From an uncultured Oscillospiraceae bacterium (GTDB lineage: Bacteria; Bacillota; Clostridia; Oscillospirales; Oscillospiraceae): a DNA stretch of 50,433 nucleotides. The notes below the pieces were generated by a model, which saw nothing but the letters and a program-made list of their open reading frames with translations, was not told the DNA's origin and ran no database searches. The stretch covers positions 1 to 50,433 of the forward strand of contig CALWWB010000001.1 in assembly GCA_944385175.1 (NCBI GenBank), read 5' to 3'. Made by a program: the position numbers and the translations under genes. This document shows, piece by piece, positions 36,932 to 45,714 of the stretch (positions are counted from its first letter, which is position 1; each line of letters opens with the position of its first letter).

Positions 36932-37375
36932 ATGCGTATAGCCGTTACCTACAAGGACGGAGAGATATTCGAGCACTTCGGCCACTGTGAGTGCTTTGCC
37001 GTATACGAATACGGCGATGATGTGGATGACTGCAAAAAAACCTTGATTGACTGCTCCGACCGCCACGGCCACCAGGCCATGGCCGACCTGATGAAGGAGC
37101 AGAATGTGGACGCAGTTATCTGCGGCAACCTGGGCGGTGAAGCCCGGGCTCTGCTGCTCAGCTACGGCATAGTGCCCGTGGCGGGCTACTGTGGCCATGC
37201 GGACACTGCCGCAGATATGCTTATCACCGGCCGTCTGCCCATAATCGACGGGGCCGGCGCCTGCGGCGGGGGCTGCGGGGGCTGCGGAGGCGGCTGCCAT
37301 AGCGGAGATGAGGGCGGCTCCTGCGGCTGCGGAGGCGGCTGCCATGACGACGAGGGCGGCTGCTGCTGCCACTGA
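36932..37375 (+). CDS. NifB/NifX-family (dinitrogenase FeMo-cofactor-binding fold) protein with Cys/Gly/His-rich C-terminal tail
   Basis: MRIAVTYKDGEIFEHFGHCECFAVYE...AVICGNLGGEA is the NifX-like fold. The last ~41 residues are GAGACGGGCGGCGGGCHSGDEGGSCGCGGGCHDDEGGCCCH. Confidence 0.85.
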   Translation: MRIAVTYKDGEIFEHFGHCECFAVYEYGDDVDDCKKTLIDCSDRHGHQAMADLMKEQNVDAVICGNLGGEARALLLSYGIVPVAGYCGHADTAADMLITGRLPIIDGAGACGGGCGGCGGGCHSGDEGGSCGCGGGCHDDEGGCCCH

Positions 37376-37392
37376 GAGAACGGATATTCAGC

Positions 37393-37421
37393 GTATACCC
37401 GCTGCTATGCAGCGGGTATAC
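37393..37421 (+). terminator. Strong hairpin between the nifX-like and MATE genes (possible partial terminator)
   Basis: 12-bp stem GTATACCCGCTG/CAGCGGGTATAC. Only a weak U tract (AAGTTT) follows. Confidence 0.35.
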
Positions 37422-37443
37422 AAGTTTAGATTCAGGTGAAAAA

Positions 37444-38817
37444 ATGAACGACAGCAGTAAACAGATATTATTTGAACAAATGCCCATACCTGGCGCCGTA
37501 GCCAGGCTGACTATCCCCACTATAGTGGGCAGCCTGGTGATGATCTTGTACAACCTGGCGGATACATATTTTGTGGGCTATCTGAATGATCCGGTGCAGA
37601 ACGCGGCGGTGACTCTGGCGGCCCCGCTGCTGCTGGCTTTCAATGCGGTGAACAACCTCTTCGGTGTGGGCTGTTCCAGCATGATGAGCCGCTCCCTGGG
37701 ACTCAGGGATTATGACACCGTGAGGCGCAGCGCGGCCTTCGGCATATACTGCTCCATAATCAGCGGAGTCATTTTTTCGGTAGGCTACAGCCTTATGAGC
37801 GGGTCCATATTGGAGATATTGGGGGCCGATGAGACTACGGTGGAGGCTACCAGACAGTACCTCTTATGGACGGTGAGCTTTGGAGCGGCTCCGGCCATAC
37901 TCAATGTGGTAATGGGATATATGGTCAGATCCGAGGGCGCAGCCGTACACGGCACAGTGGGCACTATGAGCGGCTGCCTGCTGAATATCGTTCTGGACCC
38001 CATATTCATCATGCCCTGGGGCCTGGGTATGGGGGCAGCTGGTGCCGGATGTGCCACATTTATATCCAACTGCGTGGCCTGCCTCTACTTCTTTGCCTAT
38101 GTGTTTATAAAACGGGGCAACACCTATGTGTGCATGCGTCCGGATATGGTGCGCTGCGGTCGGGCCGTTGCCGTGGGTGTGTTTGCCGTGGGAGTGCCGG
38201 CCATGGTGCAGAATCTGCTTAATGTTACAGGCATGACCATACTCAACAATTTTACTGCGGACTACGGTTCGGAGGCTGTGGCTGCCATGGGCATAGCCAG
38301 CAAAATCCAGATGATATTCATGTATGTGGGCATGGGCATATCCAACGGCATTATGCCTCTGGTGGGCTATAACTATGCCAGCGGAAATATCAAGCGTATG
38401 AAGGAGGCCCTGCTGTTTACGGGCAAGCTGATCTTCATTGGCTTGGGACTGGCCACGGTTCTGTGCTTTACCAACAGCAGCGCCCTTGTGGGATTGTTCA
38501 TCGATAATGCCAAAGTAATAGAACTGGGCTCCGCTTTCCTGAAGGGACTCTGCCTCTCGCTGCCTTTCATGGCTGTTGACTTTCTTGGCGTGGGCCTGTA
38601 CCAGGCCTGCGGAATGGGGAAAAAGTCCCTGATTTTTGCCATCATGCGCAAGATAGTGCTGGAGATACCGGCCCTATTTATACTTAATGCCCTGTTCCCC
38701 ATGTATGGTCTGGCCTTTGCCCAGCCCTTTGCGGAGCTCATACTGGCGGTGGCTGCGGTGGTGGTTATGGCAAAGATGTTCAGAGACCTGGACAAAAAGG
38801 GAAAGGTGCAGCCCTGA
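37444..38817 (+). CDS. MATE-family efflux transporter
   Basis: 457 aa with 12 predicted TM helices. The N-terminal pattern LTIPTIVGSLVMILYNLADTYFVG is typical of MatE. Confidence 0.93.
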   Translation: MNDSSKQILFEQMPIPGAVARLTIPTIVGSLVMILYNLADTYFVGYLNDPVQNAAVTLAAPLLLAFNAVNNLFGVGCSSMMSRSLGLRDYDTVRRSAAFGIYCSIISGVIFSVGYSLMSGSILEILGADETTVEATRQYLLWTVSFGAAPAILNVVMGYMVRSEGAAVHGTVGTMSGCLLNIVLDPIFIMPWGLGMGAAGAGCATFISNCVACLYFFAYVFIKRGNTYVCMRPDMVRCGRAVAVGVFAVGVPAMVQNLLNVTGMTILNNFTADYGSEAVAAMGIASKIQMIFMYVGMGISNGIMPLVGYNYASGNIKRMKEALLFTGKLIFIGLGLATVLCFTNSSALVGLFIDNAKVIELGSAFLKGLCLSLPFMAVDFLGVGLYQACGMGKKSLIFAIMRKIVLEIPALFILNALFPMYGLAFAQPFAELILAVAAVVVMAKMFRDLDKKGKVQP

Positions 38818-38856
38818 TCCATTTACTTTCCGGCTGATGAACCGATATAGGGTATT

Positions 38857-38890
38857 AAAAAATGAAGCGCCAGCCGGCGCTTCATTTTTT
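38857..38890. terminator. Bidirectional intrinsic terminator (MATE / convergent histidine kinase)
   Basis: AAAAAATGAAGCGCC / GGCGCTTCATTTTTT. Confidence 0.75.
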
Positions 38891-38895
38891 GATGT

Positions 38896-40242
38896 TCAGT
38901 TTTCTGAGACTGAACTTTCGATGTTGGCAGGGATGCTCAGCTCTGCGGCAAAATGTTCTCCATCATTGTGAACCTCAAAGCTGCCGTGCATCTGCTCCAT
39001 TATCCGCAGACAGGTGCGCAGGCCGATTTTTGTACTTTCCACCCTGGCCAGATCCCGGGTTATGCCGTTGGATATGCACAGGCTCAGCCTGCCGTTTTTA
39101 AGCTCGCTTATCATAGTGACCCGCTGGCCCTTGTCACCATATTTCATCACGTTGGAGACAAGGTTGTCCGTAACCCGCTTGAGATACAGCGGGTCGGCCA
39201 TGACGCTGCACTCTCCGGAAAATTCTATGCGCTGTACTTTGAAGCCGTCTTCGGTGAGAGTGAATTCTGCCTCGCTGGTCAGCTGCTCCAGCAGCAGCCG
39301 CCCGTCATAGTTCTCCATATCCAGCTTCAGCTCTGCGCTGCCATATACCAGGAAGTACTTGAACAGCTCGTCTGTCAGTGACTTCAGATCCATTGCCTTG
39401 CTGTAAGCCGAGCGGCTGAACTGGCGGCAGCGCTCAGTATCGGAAAAATCACTCTCACACAGCAGGCCCAGATAGCCTATCATGGAGGTCATGGGTGTGC
39501 GTATGTCGTGGGAGATAGCGGTTATCAGCTCATTGTTGGCCTGCCAGGCCCGACTCTCGCTGCTCATCTGCTCGATCACCGACTGGCGCATCTCATCCAT
39601 GGCTCTGGCGAGGCTGCCGAGCTCATCCTGCCCGGGTGCGCTGATACTCATTTCAAGCCTGCCGGAGCTGACTGTGGTAGCTGCCCGGGACAGGTCTATT
39701 ATCCGTTTGGTGAGCTTATTCATATAAAACAGCAGAACAAGCACGATGCTGCCGCCGGCTGCGGCGATGGCAGTGATATCCGCCACCACATATTCCCTGG
39801 ACTGGGAACTGTCCACAATGGCCACCAGATACATACCGTCGGAGAATTTCAAGGGATAGAGACGGCCGTATTTGGAGAGATCATAGCTGCTGTTGCTCTC
39901 CGGCACTGCGGCTTTTTCTCCGGAGAAACGGCGGTGGAGGTTTCCGCTGTCATACAGGAGGATCGTTACATAATCATTTTCCCGGGCCCAGCGGGACATT
40001 GCCGCGGTGTCCTTGCCTGATATGCCGTTGTTATTCACATAGGTGCTGAGCCGGGAGTATATCTCCGCCTTGCGCTGAGCGATATTTTCTTCGCTCATAT
40101 ATACTTTTTCAACCAGAAGACAGCCGATTTCACCCACAAGCAGATACATGATGACCGCAACGACAATGCTTATCAGAGAGACGTACAGCATCTTGGCATT
40201 GAGAGAATAGGAAAATGAGAGCTTGTTAAGGTGCTTAATCAA
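38896..40242 (-). CDS. Sensor histidine kinase (2 TM with ~105-aa extracytoplasmic loop, HAMP, HisKA, HATPase_c)
   Basis: H-box LITAISHDIRTPMTSM, N-box LVSNVMKYG, HAMP-like RIIDLSRAATTVSSGRLE. Confidence 0.92.
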   Translation of the reverse strand: MIKHLNKLSFSYSLNAKMLYVSLISIVVAVIMYLLVGEIGCLLVEKVYMSEENIAQRKAEIYSRLSTYVNNNGISGKDTAAMSRWARENDYVTILLYDSGNLHRRFSGEKAAVPESNSSYDLSKYGRLYPLKFSDGMYLVAIVDSSQSREYVVADITAIAAAGGSIVLVLLFYMNKLTKRIIDLSRAATTVSSGRLEMSISAPGQDELGSLARAMDEMRQSVIEQMSSESRAWQANNELITAISHDIRTPMTSMIGYLGLLCESDFSDTERCRQFSRSAYSKAMDLKSLTDELFKYFLVYGSAELKLDMENYDGRLLLEQLTSEAEFTLTEDGFKVQRIEFSGECSVMADPLYLKRVTDNLVSNVMKYGDKGQRVTMISELKNGRLSLCISNGITRDLARVESTKIGLRTCLRIMEQMHGSFEVHNDGEHFAAELSIPANIESSVSEN

Positions 40243-40924
40243 TCTGATATCCCTTTCCCCACACGGTACGAATTATTTTTGGACTGGACGGCTTCTCCTC
40301 TATTTTCCGACGCAGATTCAGCACATGGACCATCACCGTATTTCCGGAACCGGAGAGGAACTTTTCGCCCCACACGGCCTCATATAGCTCCGCCGTTGTA
40401 ACGGTGTGCCCACGCCGCTTCAGCAGATGCTCCAGAATGGCGTATTCGGTATCCGTCAGGGACACGTGGCTGCCCTGACATTTTACGCTGTGGGCGGAGA
40501 AGTCCACCTCCAAGTCCCCTACGGAGACGGCGGCCTCGTTCTTGCCCCGGTACTCCCTATAGCGGCGCAGCAGAGAATTGACTTTAGCCAGCAGCTCCTG
40601 ATGGGAGAAGGGCTTGGAGAGAAAATCATCCCCGCCGCTGCCGTAGGCTGAGAGCCTGTCCGCCTCGGCAGACTTGGCGGTTAAAAACAGTATGGGGGCG
40701 TGGCTCAGTTCCCTGAGGCGGCTGCAGGTCTCAAAGCCTGAGAGCCCCGGCATCATAACATCCAGGATTATCAGATCCGTCTCCGGATGGACGGAAAGAT
40801 ACTCGATGGCAGAATTGCCGTCAGAGGCTTCCGCAACAAAATATTTATTTTTAAGCAAAATTTCAAGAACATTTCTTATGTCTGCATCGTCATCTACTAT
40901 AAGGATATGGGGCAGTGTACTCAT
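40235..40924 (-). CDS. OmpR/PhoB-family response regulator
   Basis: The start is ATG 40924 (GAGGTG 5 nt upstream), not the track start 41047. ILIVDDD...ILDVMMPG...TAKS is followed by VMVHVLNLRRKIE...VWGKGYQ. There is an 8-nt overlap with the kinase gene. Confidence 0.93.
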   Translation of the reverse strand: MSTLPHILIVDDDADIRNVLEILLKNKYFVAEASDGNSAIEYLSVHPETDLIILDVMMPGLSGFETCSRLRELSHAPILFLTAKSAEADRLSAYGSGGDDFLSKPFSHQELLAKVNSLLRRYREYRGKNEAAVSVGDLEVDFSAHSVKCQGSHVSLTDTEYAILEHLLKRRGHTVTTAELYEAVWGEKFLSGSGNTVMVHVLNLRRKIEEKPSSPKIIRTVWGKGYQID

Positions 40925-40985
40925 ATGATCACCTCGACATGATTGTAACACAAATTTTCCAGGGCACAACAAGCTTTTGCCCGGT

Positions 40986-41074
40986 TTAAGAAAGATTAAG
41001 AGTTGGGCCGGATTAATTGTGATATAATCATGCCGTCCTGTCGGCATCTTAAGAAAACAGGAAAATTCTTAAGA
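40986..41074. promoter_or_regulatory. Four TTAAGA boxes (candidate response-regulator sites) in the divergent control region
   Basis: TTAAGA occurs at 40986 and 40996 (10-bp spacing) and at 41049 and 41069 (20-bp spacing). The boxes flank a TGaTATAAT element. Confidence 0.3.
41020..41028 (+). promoter_or_regulatory. Extended -10 promoter element facing the lipoprotein gene
   Basis: TGATATAAT. No good -35 is present, consistent with an activator-dependent or extended -10 promoter. Confidence 0.4.
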
Positions 41075-41123
41075 GGACGGAGAAGCTGCTTGCAAATTAA
41101 TTCACATATCAAGGAGGACAACA

Positions 41124-43559
41124 ATGAATCTGAAAGTAAGAAGAATCCTGGCCCTGCTTTTAACGGCAGTAATGGTTCTTGGCCTTGCCGCCTGCGGCAA
41201 GAGCGGAGACAGTTCGGGCGACAAGAAAACCGAAGAGGACACTGCCACTCCTGAATTCGCCTATGTAGCGGAGTACAAAAGCCTGACAAAAGATCAGGAC
41301 AGTTCCATGACTCCCAGAGTATACACTGAGGACGGCTTTTACTCCACCAGCTGGGAAAAGATAGGTGATAACACCCCGGAGGGAGTGACTCCCGAGTACG
41401 AGGGACAGTATGATGTTTACGGTACCGAGCTCTATTTTGTCAGTTTTGACGGCAAGGTGGAGAAGCTGGAGAACTATGAGCGCATGGAGATACCGGAGAA
41501 CACCGAGGGCCTGAAGGACTTCAGTGCCAGCAGCGATGTATCCGGCCTGAATATGGCGGAGGACGGCAGCCTGGTAGTGATAGAAAGCCAGTACAAGTCC
41601 TGGAGCGAGGCCCCTGACGGCATGAGCAGCAGCGACAATGAATACTGGAATTATTATAAGTATGAGCAGAACTACTTTATCCGCTGGCTGGATAAGGACG
41701 GCACCGAGAAGAGCAGAGCTCAGATCCAGATGGATCAGGACCTGTATCTGGACACCTATCGTATGCAGCTGGATGAGAAGGGCAATGCGCTCTGCCTGTG
41801 CAACGGTAACCAGATCTGGGCTATCGCCCCTGACGGCTCCATCAGCTATACCATAGAAACCGAAAACTATTTTGATGCCCTGGTGAAGCTGGCCGACGGC
41901 CGGGTGGCCGTGGGCGTGAGCGGTGAAAACGGCATGGAGATCGCCGTGATTGATTCTGAGGCCAAAAAGCTCAGCGAAGAGACTTATCCCATTAAGGCCA
42001 GCATTTACAATGCCTATACCGGCGGCGGAGACTATGATCTGTATTACACCAACGGAACCAATTTTTACGGCTATAAGCTGGGGGATGAGGAGCCGGTAAA
42101 GCTCTTCAACTGGCTGAGCTGTGATGTAAACAGCAACGATCTGTACAGCGTTTATGTACAGCCCGACGGCACAATCATCTCCGTGGTATCTGACTACAAC
42201 AGCAGCACCGGCAAAATTAGCACGGAGTTAGTTACCGTTAACAAGGTGCCCTATGAGTCTGTGCCCCACAAGGAGATAATCACCCTGGGCTGCCTGTATC
42301 TCCAGTATCAGACCCAGGAGATGATAGTGAAATTCAACCGCAGCAACGACAAATACCGCATCGAAGTCACCGATTATTCTGAGTACAATAATGAAGAGAA
42401 CGGCTATGACGCCGGCCTCACCAAGCTCAACACCGAGATAATGGCGGGCAATGTCCCCGATATTCTGGACATCGGCAACCTGAACTATGTGCAGCTGGCC
42501 TCCAAGGGCATCATTGAGGACCTGTACCCCTACCTGGAAGCCGACGGAGAGCTGAGCAAGGACGACTATTTTGAGAACGTCCTGGGCGCCATGGAAGTGG
42601 ACGGCAAGCTCTGCGCCACCGTGCCCGGTTTCTATATCAACGCCGTTATGGGCGCCAGCAAGGTAGTGGGCGATACTCCGGGCTGGACCTACGATGAGTT
42701 CAACGAGGCTCTGGCCTCCATGCCCGAGGGCTGCGAGCCCTTTGACCAGTACGTCACTCGGGACACCATACTCCAGAACTGCCTTGCTCTGGATATGGAG
42801 AACTTTGTGGACTGGGGCACCGGCGAATGCAAGTTCGACAGCCAGGAGTTCATCGACCTGCTGGAATTTGCCGCCCGCTTCCCCGAGACCTTCGACTGGG
42901 AAAATTATGACTATTCCACCTCCGAGACCACTCAGGAGCGTATAGCCCAGGGCAAGCAGATGCTGGTACAGACCTCCGTATATATGATAGAGGACCTGTT
43001 CTATAACCAGTATATCGAAACCTTCGGCGGTGACGTCACATTTATCGGCTACCCCACCTCCAGCGGCACGGGCAACATGCTGGGCATTGACGGCGGCGGC
43101 TACGCCATGAGCAGCAAGAGCGAGCACAAGGATGCGGTTTGGCAGTTCCTGCGCACCTTTATGACCAAGGAGTACCAGGATGAGAACGTATGGGGTCTGG
43201 CCAGCCGTAAGGATATCTTTGACGAAAAGGCAGAGGAGGCCATGACCATCCAGTACCAGGAGGATGCCAACGGCAATGCAATCCTGGACGAAGAGGGCAA
43301 CAAGATCCCCATCGCCCGCTACGGACGCTGGAACGAGGAGACCGGAGAGACCGAAGAGGTCTATGCCATAGAGCCAGAGCAGATCGACCAGCTGCGGGAG
43401 CTCATTGCCAGCACCGACAAAAAGGCCAACTACGACAGCGACATTTTCAAGATAGTCTCCGAAGAGGCAGCAGCCTTCTTCCAGGGCCAGAAGACTGCCG
43501 AGGATGTGGCAAAGCTCATCCAGAGCAAGGCCAATATCTTCGTCAACGAGCAGCGTTGA
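41124..43559 (+). CDS. 811-aa lipoprotein: unknown N-terminal domain (~370 aa) fused to a family-1 extracellular solute-binding domain
   Basis: Strong RBS AAGGAGG. Lipobox LGLAAC. The C-terminal half has SBP features (ITLGCLY...MIVKFN...IMAGNVPDILDIG...). The N-terminal half has repeated (D/E)G(S/T/K/R)-turn segments. Confidence 0.88.
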   Translation: MNLKVRRILALLLTAVMVLGLAACGKSGDSSGDKKTEEDTATPEFAYVAEYKSLTKDQDSSMTPRVYTEDGFYSTSWEKIGDNTPEGVTPEYEGQYDVYGTELYFVSFDGKVEKLENYERMEIPENTEGLKDFSASSDVSGLNMAEDGSLVVIESQYKSWSEAPDGMSSSDNEYWNYYKYEQNYFIRWLDKDGTEKSRAQIQMDQDLYLDTYRMQLDEKGNALCLCNGNQIWAIAPDGSISYTIETENYFDALVKLADGRVAVGVSGENGMEIAVIDSEAKKLSEETYPIKASIYNAYTGGGDYDLYYTNGTNFYGYKLGDEEPVKLFNWLSCDVNSNDLYSVYVQPDGTIISVVSDYNSSTGKISTELVTVNKVPYESVPHKEIITLGCLYLQYQTQEMIVKFNRSNDKYRIEVTDYSEYNNEENGYDAGLTKLNTEIMAGNVPDILDIGNLNYVQLASKGIIEDLYPYLEADGELSKDDYFENVLGAMEVDGKLCATVPGFYINAVMGASKVVGDTPGWTYDEFNEALASMPEGCEPFDQYVTRDTILQNCLALDMENFVDWGTGECKFDSQEFIDLLEFAARFPETFDWENYDYSTSETTQERIAQGKQMLVQTSVYMIEDLFYNQYIETFGGDVTFIGYPTSSGTGNMLGIDGGGYAMSSKSEHKDAVWQFLRTFMTKEYQDENVWGLASRKDIFDEKAEEAMTIQYQEDANGNAILDEEGNKIPIARYGRWNEETGETEEVYAIEPEQIDQLRELIASTDKKANYDSDIFKIVSEEAAAFFQGQKTAEDVAKLIQSKANIFVNEQR

Positions 43560-43597
43560 TAAATTCAAATACTTCCAGATAAAAAAGCCTAGGAGAG

Positions 43598-43795
43598 TTT
43601 TTCGCCCCGGCGAAAAAATAAATTCAATTGTTTTCCGCGGCGGCATGTACGTCGCGGAAAACACTCCGCCCGGAGTGGAGTGCGGAATTGTACGCCTTTG
43701 GCGTACACTCGAGGTATGAAGCGAAATGCAAGCTCTCTCGTCGAAGAAGGATATGCCTTCTTCGACGAGCTGAGGCAAAGGCACAGCCTTTGCCT
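43598..43795 (+). other. Array of six consecutive stem-loops in the SBP-permease spacer
   Basis: Stems lie at 43598-43617, 43630-43662 (10 bp), 43662-43677, 43690-43706 (7 bp), 43737-43769 (14 bp) and 43773-43795 (10 bp). None has a classical U tract. Confidence 0.6.
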
Positions 43796-43839
43796 GGAAG
43801 TATGAATTATTAATTTTTGATTGAGATTGGCCGGATTTC

Positions 43840-43868
43840 TTGAACCGGCTTACAAGATGTGGTATGAT
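43840..43868 (+). promoter_or_regulatory. Candidate internal sigma-A promoter for the permease-adaptor genes
   Basis: TTGAAC, 17 nt, (TGG)TATGAT, about 55 nt upstream of ATG 43923. Confidence 0.45.
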
Positions 43869-43922
43869 TAGCAGCGATGTACATATCATAACAACAATTG
43901 TAAAAAGAAACGGCATAGTCAA

Positions 43923-44810
43923 ATGAAGAGACATAAACTTAATCTCAGGGAGCGGACTTTGGACTTGCTCAAGAGTCTGTGCTTCCTTTCACCCAGCCTG
44001 CTGGGTGTGGGCGTGTTCTTCATCGTTCCTTTCGGCGTGGTAGTGTACTACTCGCTTATAGACGGGGTTGGATCGAAGAACTTTGTGTTTTTGGAAAATT
44101 TCATAAAGCTGTTCGATAACTCCGCTTTCCTCATGGCGGCAAAGAATACTCTCAGCTTCTCAGTGGTGGCTGTGCCTCTGGCAGTGATCCTGGCCATGGT
44201 TCTGGCTCTTATGCTGGAGTGCCGCATACCCATGAAGAGCCAGTTCCGCACCTTTTTCCTCAGCCCTATGATGGTGCCTGTGGCCTCGGTGGTACTTATC
44301 TGGCAGGTGCTGTTTAACTTCAACGGCACAATAAATGAATTTCTCATGACCTTCGGTATCGACAAGATAGATTGGCTTCAGTCGGATTACTGCCAGATAG
44401 TGGTCATAATCCTTTTCCTGTGGAAGAACCTGGGCTACAACATGATACTATTCATGGCGGGGCTTGCCAATATCCCCAAGGAGCTGCTGGAGGTGGCGGA
44501 TGTGGAAGGCGCCAGCGAGACCTATAAATTTTTTGCCATCAAGCTGCGCTACCTGTCGCCCACTGTGCTCTTTGTCACCATATTGTCCCTGATAAACTCT
44601 TTCAAGGTTTTCCGTGAGGTGTATTTGCTCACCGGGGATTACCCCTATGAAAAGCTGTATATGCTCCAGCATTTCATGAACAACACCTTCCGTTCCCTTG
44701 ACTATCAGAAGCTCTCCGCTGCGGCAGTGGTAATGGCCATTGTCATGGTTGTCCTGATAGCCCTGCTGTTCATTGCGGAAGACTGGTTCGGAAAGGATGT
44801 GGAGGGATGA
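43923..44810 (+). CDS. Carbohydrate-type ABC importer permease (MalF/CUT1-like)
   Basis: 295 aa, 6 TM helices. EAA loop: LLEVADVEGASETYKFFAIKLRYLSP. Confidence 0.93.
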   Translation: MKRHKLNLRERTLDLLKSLCFLSPSLLGVGVFFIVPFGVVVYYSLIDGVGSKNFVFLENFIKLFDNSAFLMAAKNTLSFSVVAVPLAVILAMVLALMLECRIPMKSQFRTFFLSPMMVPVASVVLIWQVLFNFNGTINEFLMTFGIDKIDWLQSDYCQIVVIILFLWKNLGYNMILFMAGLANIPKELLEVADVEGASETYKFFAIKLRYLSPTVLFVTILSLINSFKVFREVYLLTGDYPYEKLYMLQHFMNNTFRSLDYQKLSAAAVVMAIVMVVLIALLFIAEDWFGKDVEG

Positions 44811-45682
44811 AAAAGAAGCATTATTTCGGCCGTGGCGCCATGTTCCTTATATGTGCGGCCTTTGCCATCATGTTCCTGCTTCCAACGGTACTGACCATCA
44901 CAAACTCCTTCATGTCCGAGTCGGAGATAAAAGCCAACTACGGCATGATATTTTCCACCACCACCGGCGGATATGTGTCCAAAACCGTAAATCTCAAATT
45001 TATTCCAGACAAGGTCACTCTCTCCCAATATGTGACGGGGCTGATAAAATCCCCGGAATACCTGCTGAAGCTGTGGAACAGCATTTTCCTGGTGGTGCCC
45101 ATAGTCATTTTCCAGGTGGCGGTGGCCGCCGTGGCGGCCTACAGCTTTACCCGCTGGAGAGGCAAGATCAGAAGCGGCATTTTCTTCTTCTACGTAATTT
45201 TGATGCTGATGCCATATCAGGTAACCCTGGTGCCAAACTACCTGGTGAGTGATTGGCTGGGCATACTGAATACCTCCTGGGCAATTATCCTGCCGGGCAT
45301 CTTCGCACCCTTCTCCGTGTTCCTGCTCACCAAGTTTATGCGCCGCATACCCTATTCCCTTATTGAGGCGGCCAAGGTGGACGGGGCGGGGGAGTGGCAG
45401 ATATTTACAAAGATATGTCTGCCTCAGTGCCGCTCGGCCCTGTATTCCATTGCTATCCTGGTGTTCATTGATTACTGGAACATGGTGGAGCAGCCTCTGA
45501 TCCTCCTGCAGGATGCGGACAGCCAGCCCCTTTCGGTGTTCCTGTCCAACATTAATACCGGCGAGATAGGCTTGGCCTTTGCCATGGCCACAGTTTATAT
45601 GATACCGTCCCTGCTGCTGTTCCTCCACGGAGAGGAATACCTGGTAGAGGGCATAGCCAATTCCGGCAGCGTCAAGGGCTGA
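44807..45682 (+). CDS. Carbohydrate-type ABC importer permease (MalG/CUT1-like)
   Basis: 291 aa. EAA loop: LIEAAKVDGAGEWQIFTKICLP. ATGA overlap with the preceding gene. Confidence 0.93.
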   Translation: MKKKHYFGRGAMFLICAAFAIMFLLPTVLTITNSFMSESEIKANYGMIFSTTTGGYVSKTVNLKFIPDKVTLSQYVTGLIKSPEYLLKLWNSIFLVVPIVIFQVAVAAVAAYSFTRWRGKIRSGIFFFYVILMLMPYQVTLVPNYLVSDWLGILNTSWAIILPGIFAPFSVFLLTKFMRRIPYSLIEAAKVDGAGEWQIFTKICLPQCRSALYSIAILVFIDYWNMVEQPLILLQDADSQPLSVFLSNINTGEIGLAFAMATVYMIPSLLLFLHGEEYLVEGIANSGSVKG

Positions 45683-45714
45683 CGGAGACAGCCAGAGCTT
45701 TTTAGAGGTGTATT

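Noticed and set aside
37250-37375. A GC-rich direct repeat (20 nt, twice, 45-nt period), considered as a non-coding tandem repeat or mini-array.
   Set aside because: It lies in frame inside the NifX-like ORF, encodes the CGGGCH units of the tail, and is followed directly by the stop codon. It is a coding repeat, not a CRISPR-like or satellite element.
43504-43813. Small ORFs (71 aa and 61 aa) in the SBP-permease spacer.
   Set aside because: They have no RBS, their Arg-rich translations arise from the GC-rich hairpin arms, and they coincide exactly with the stem-loops.
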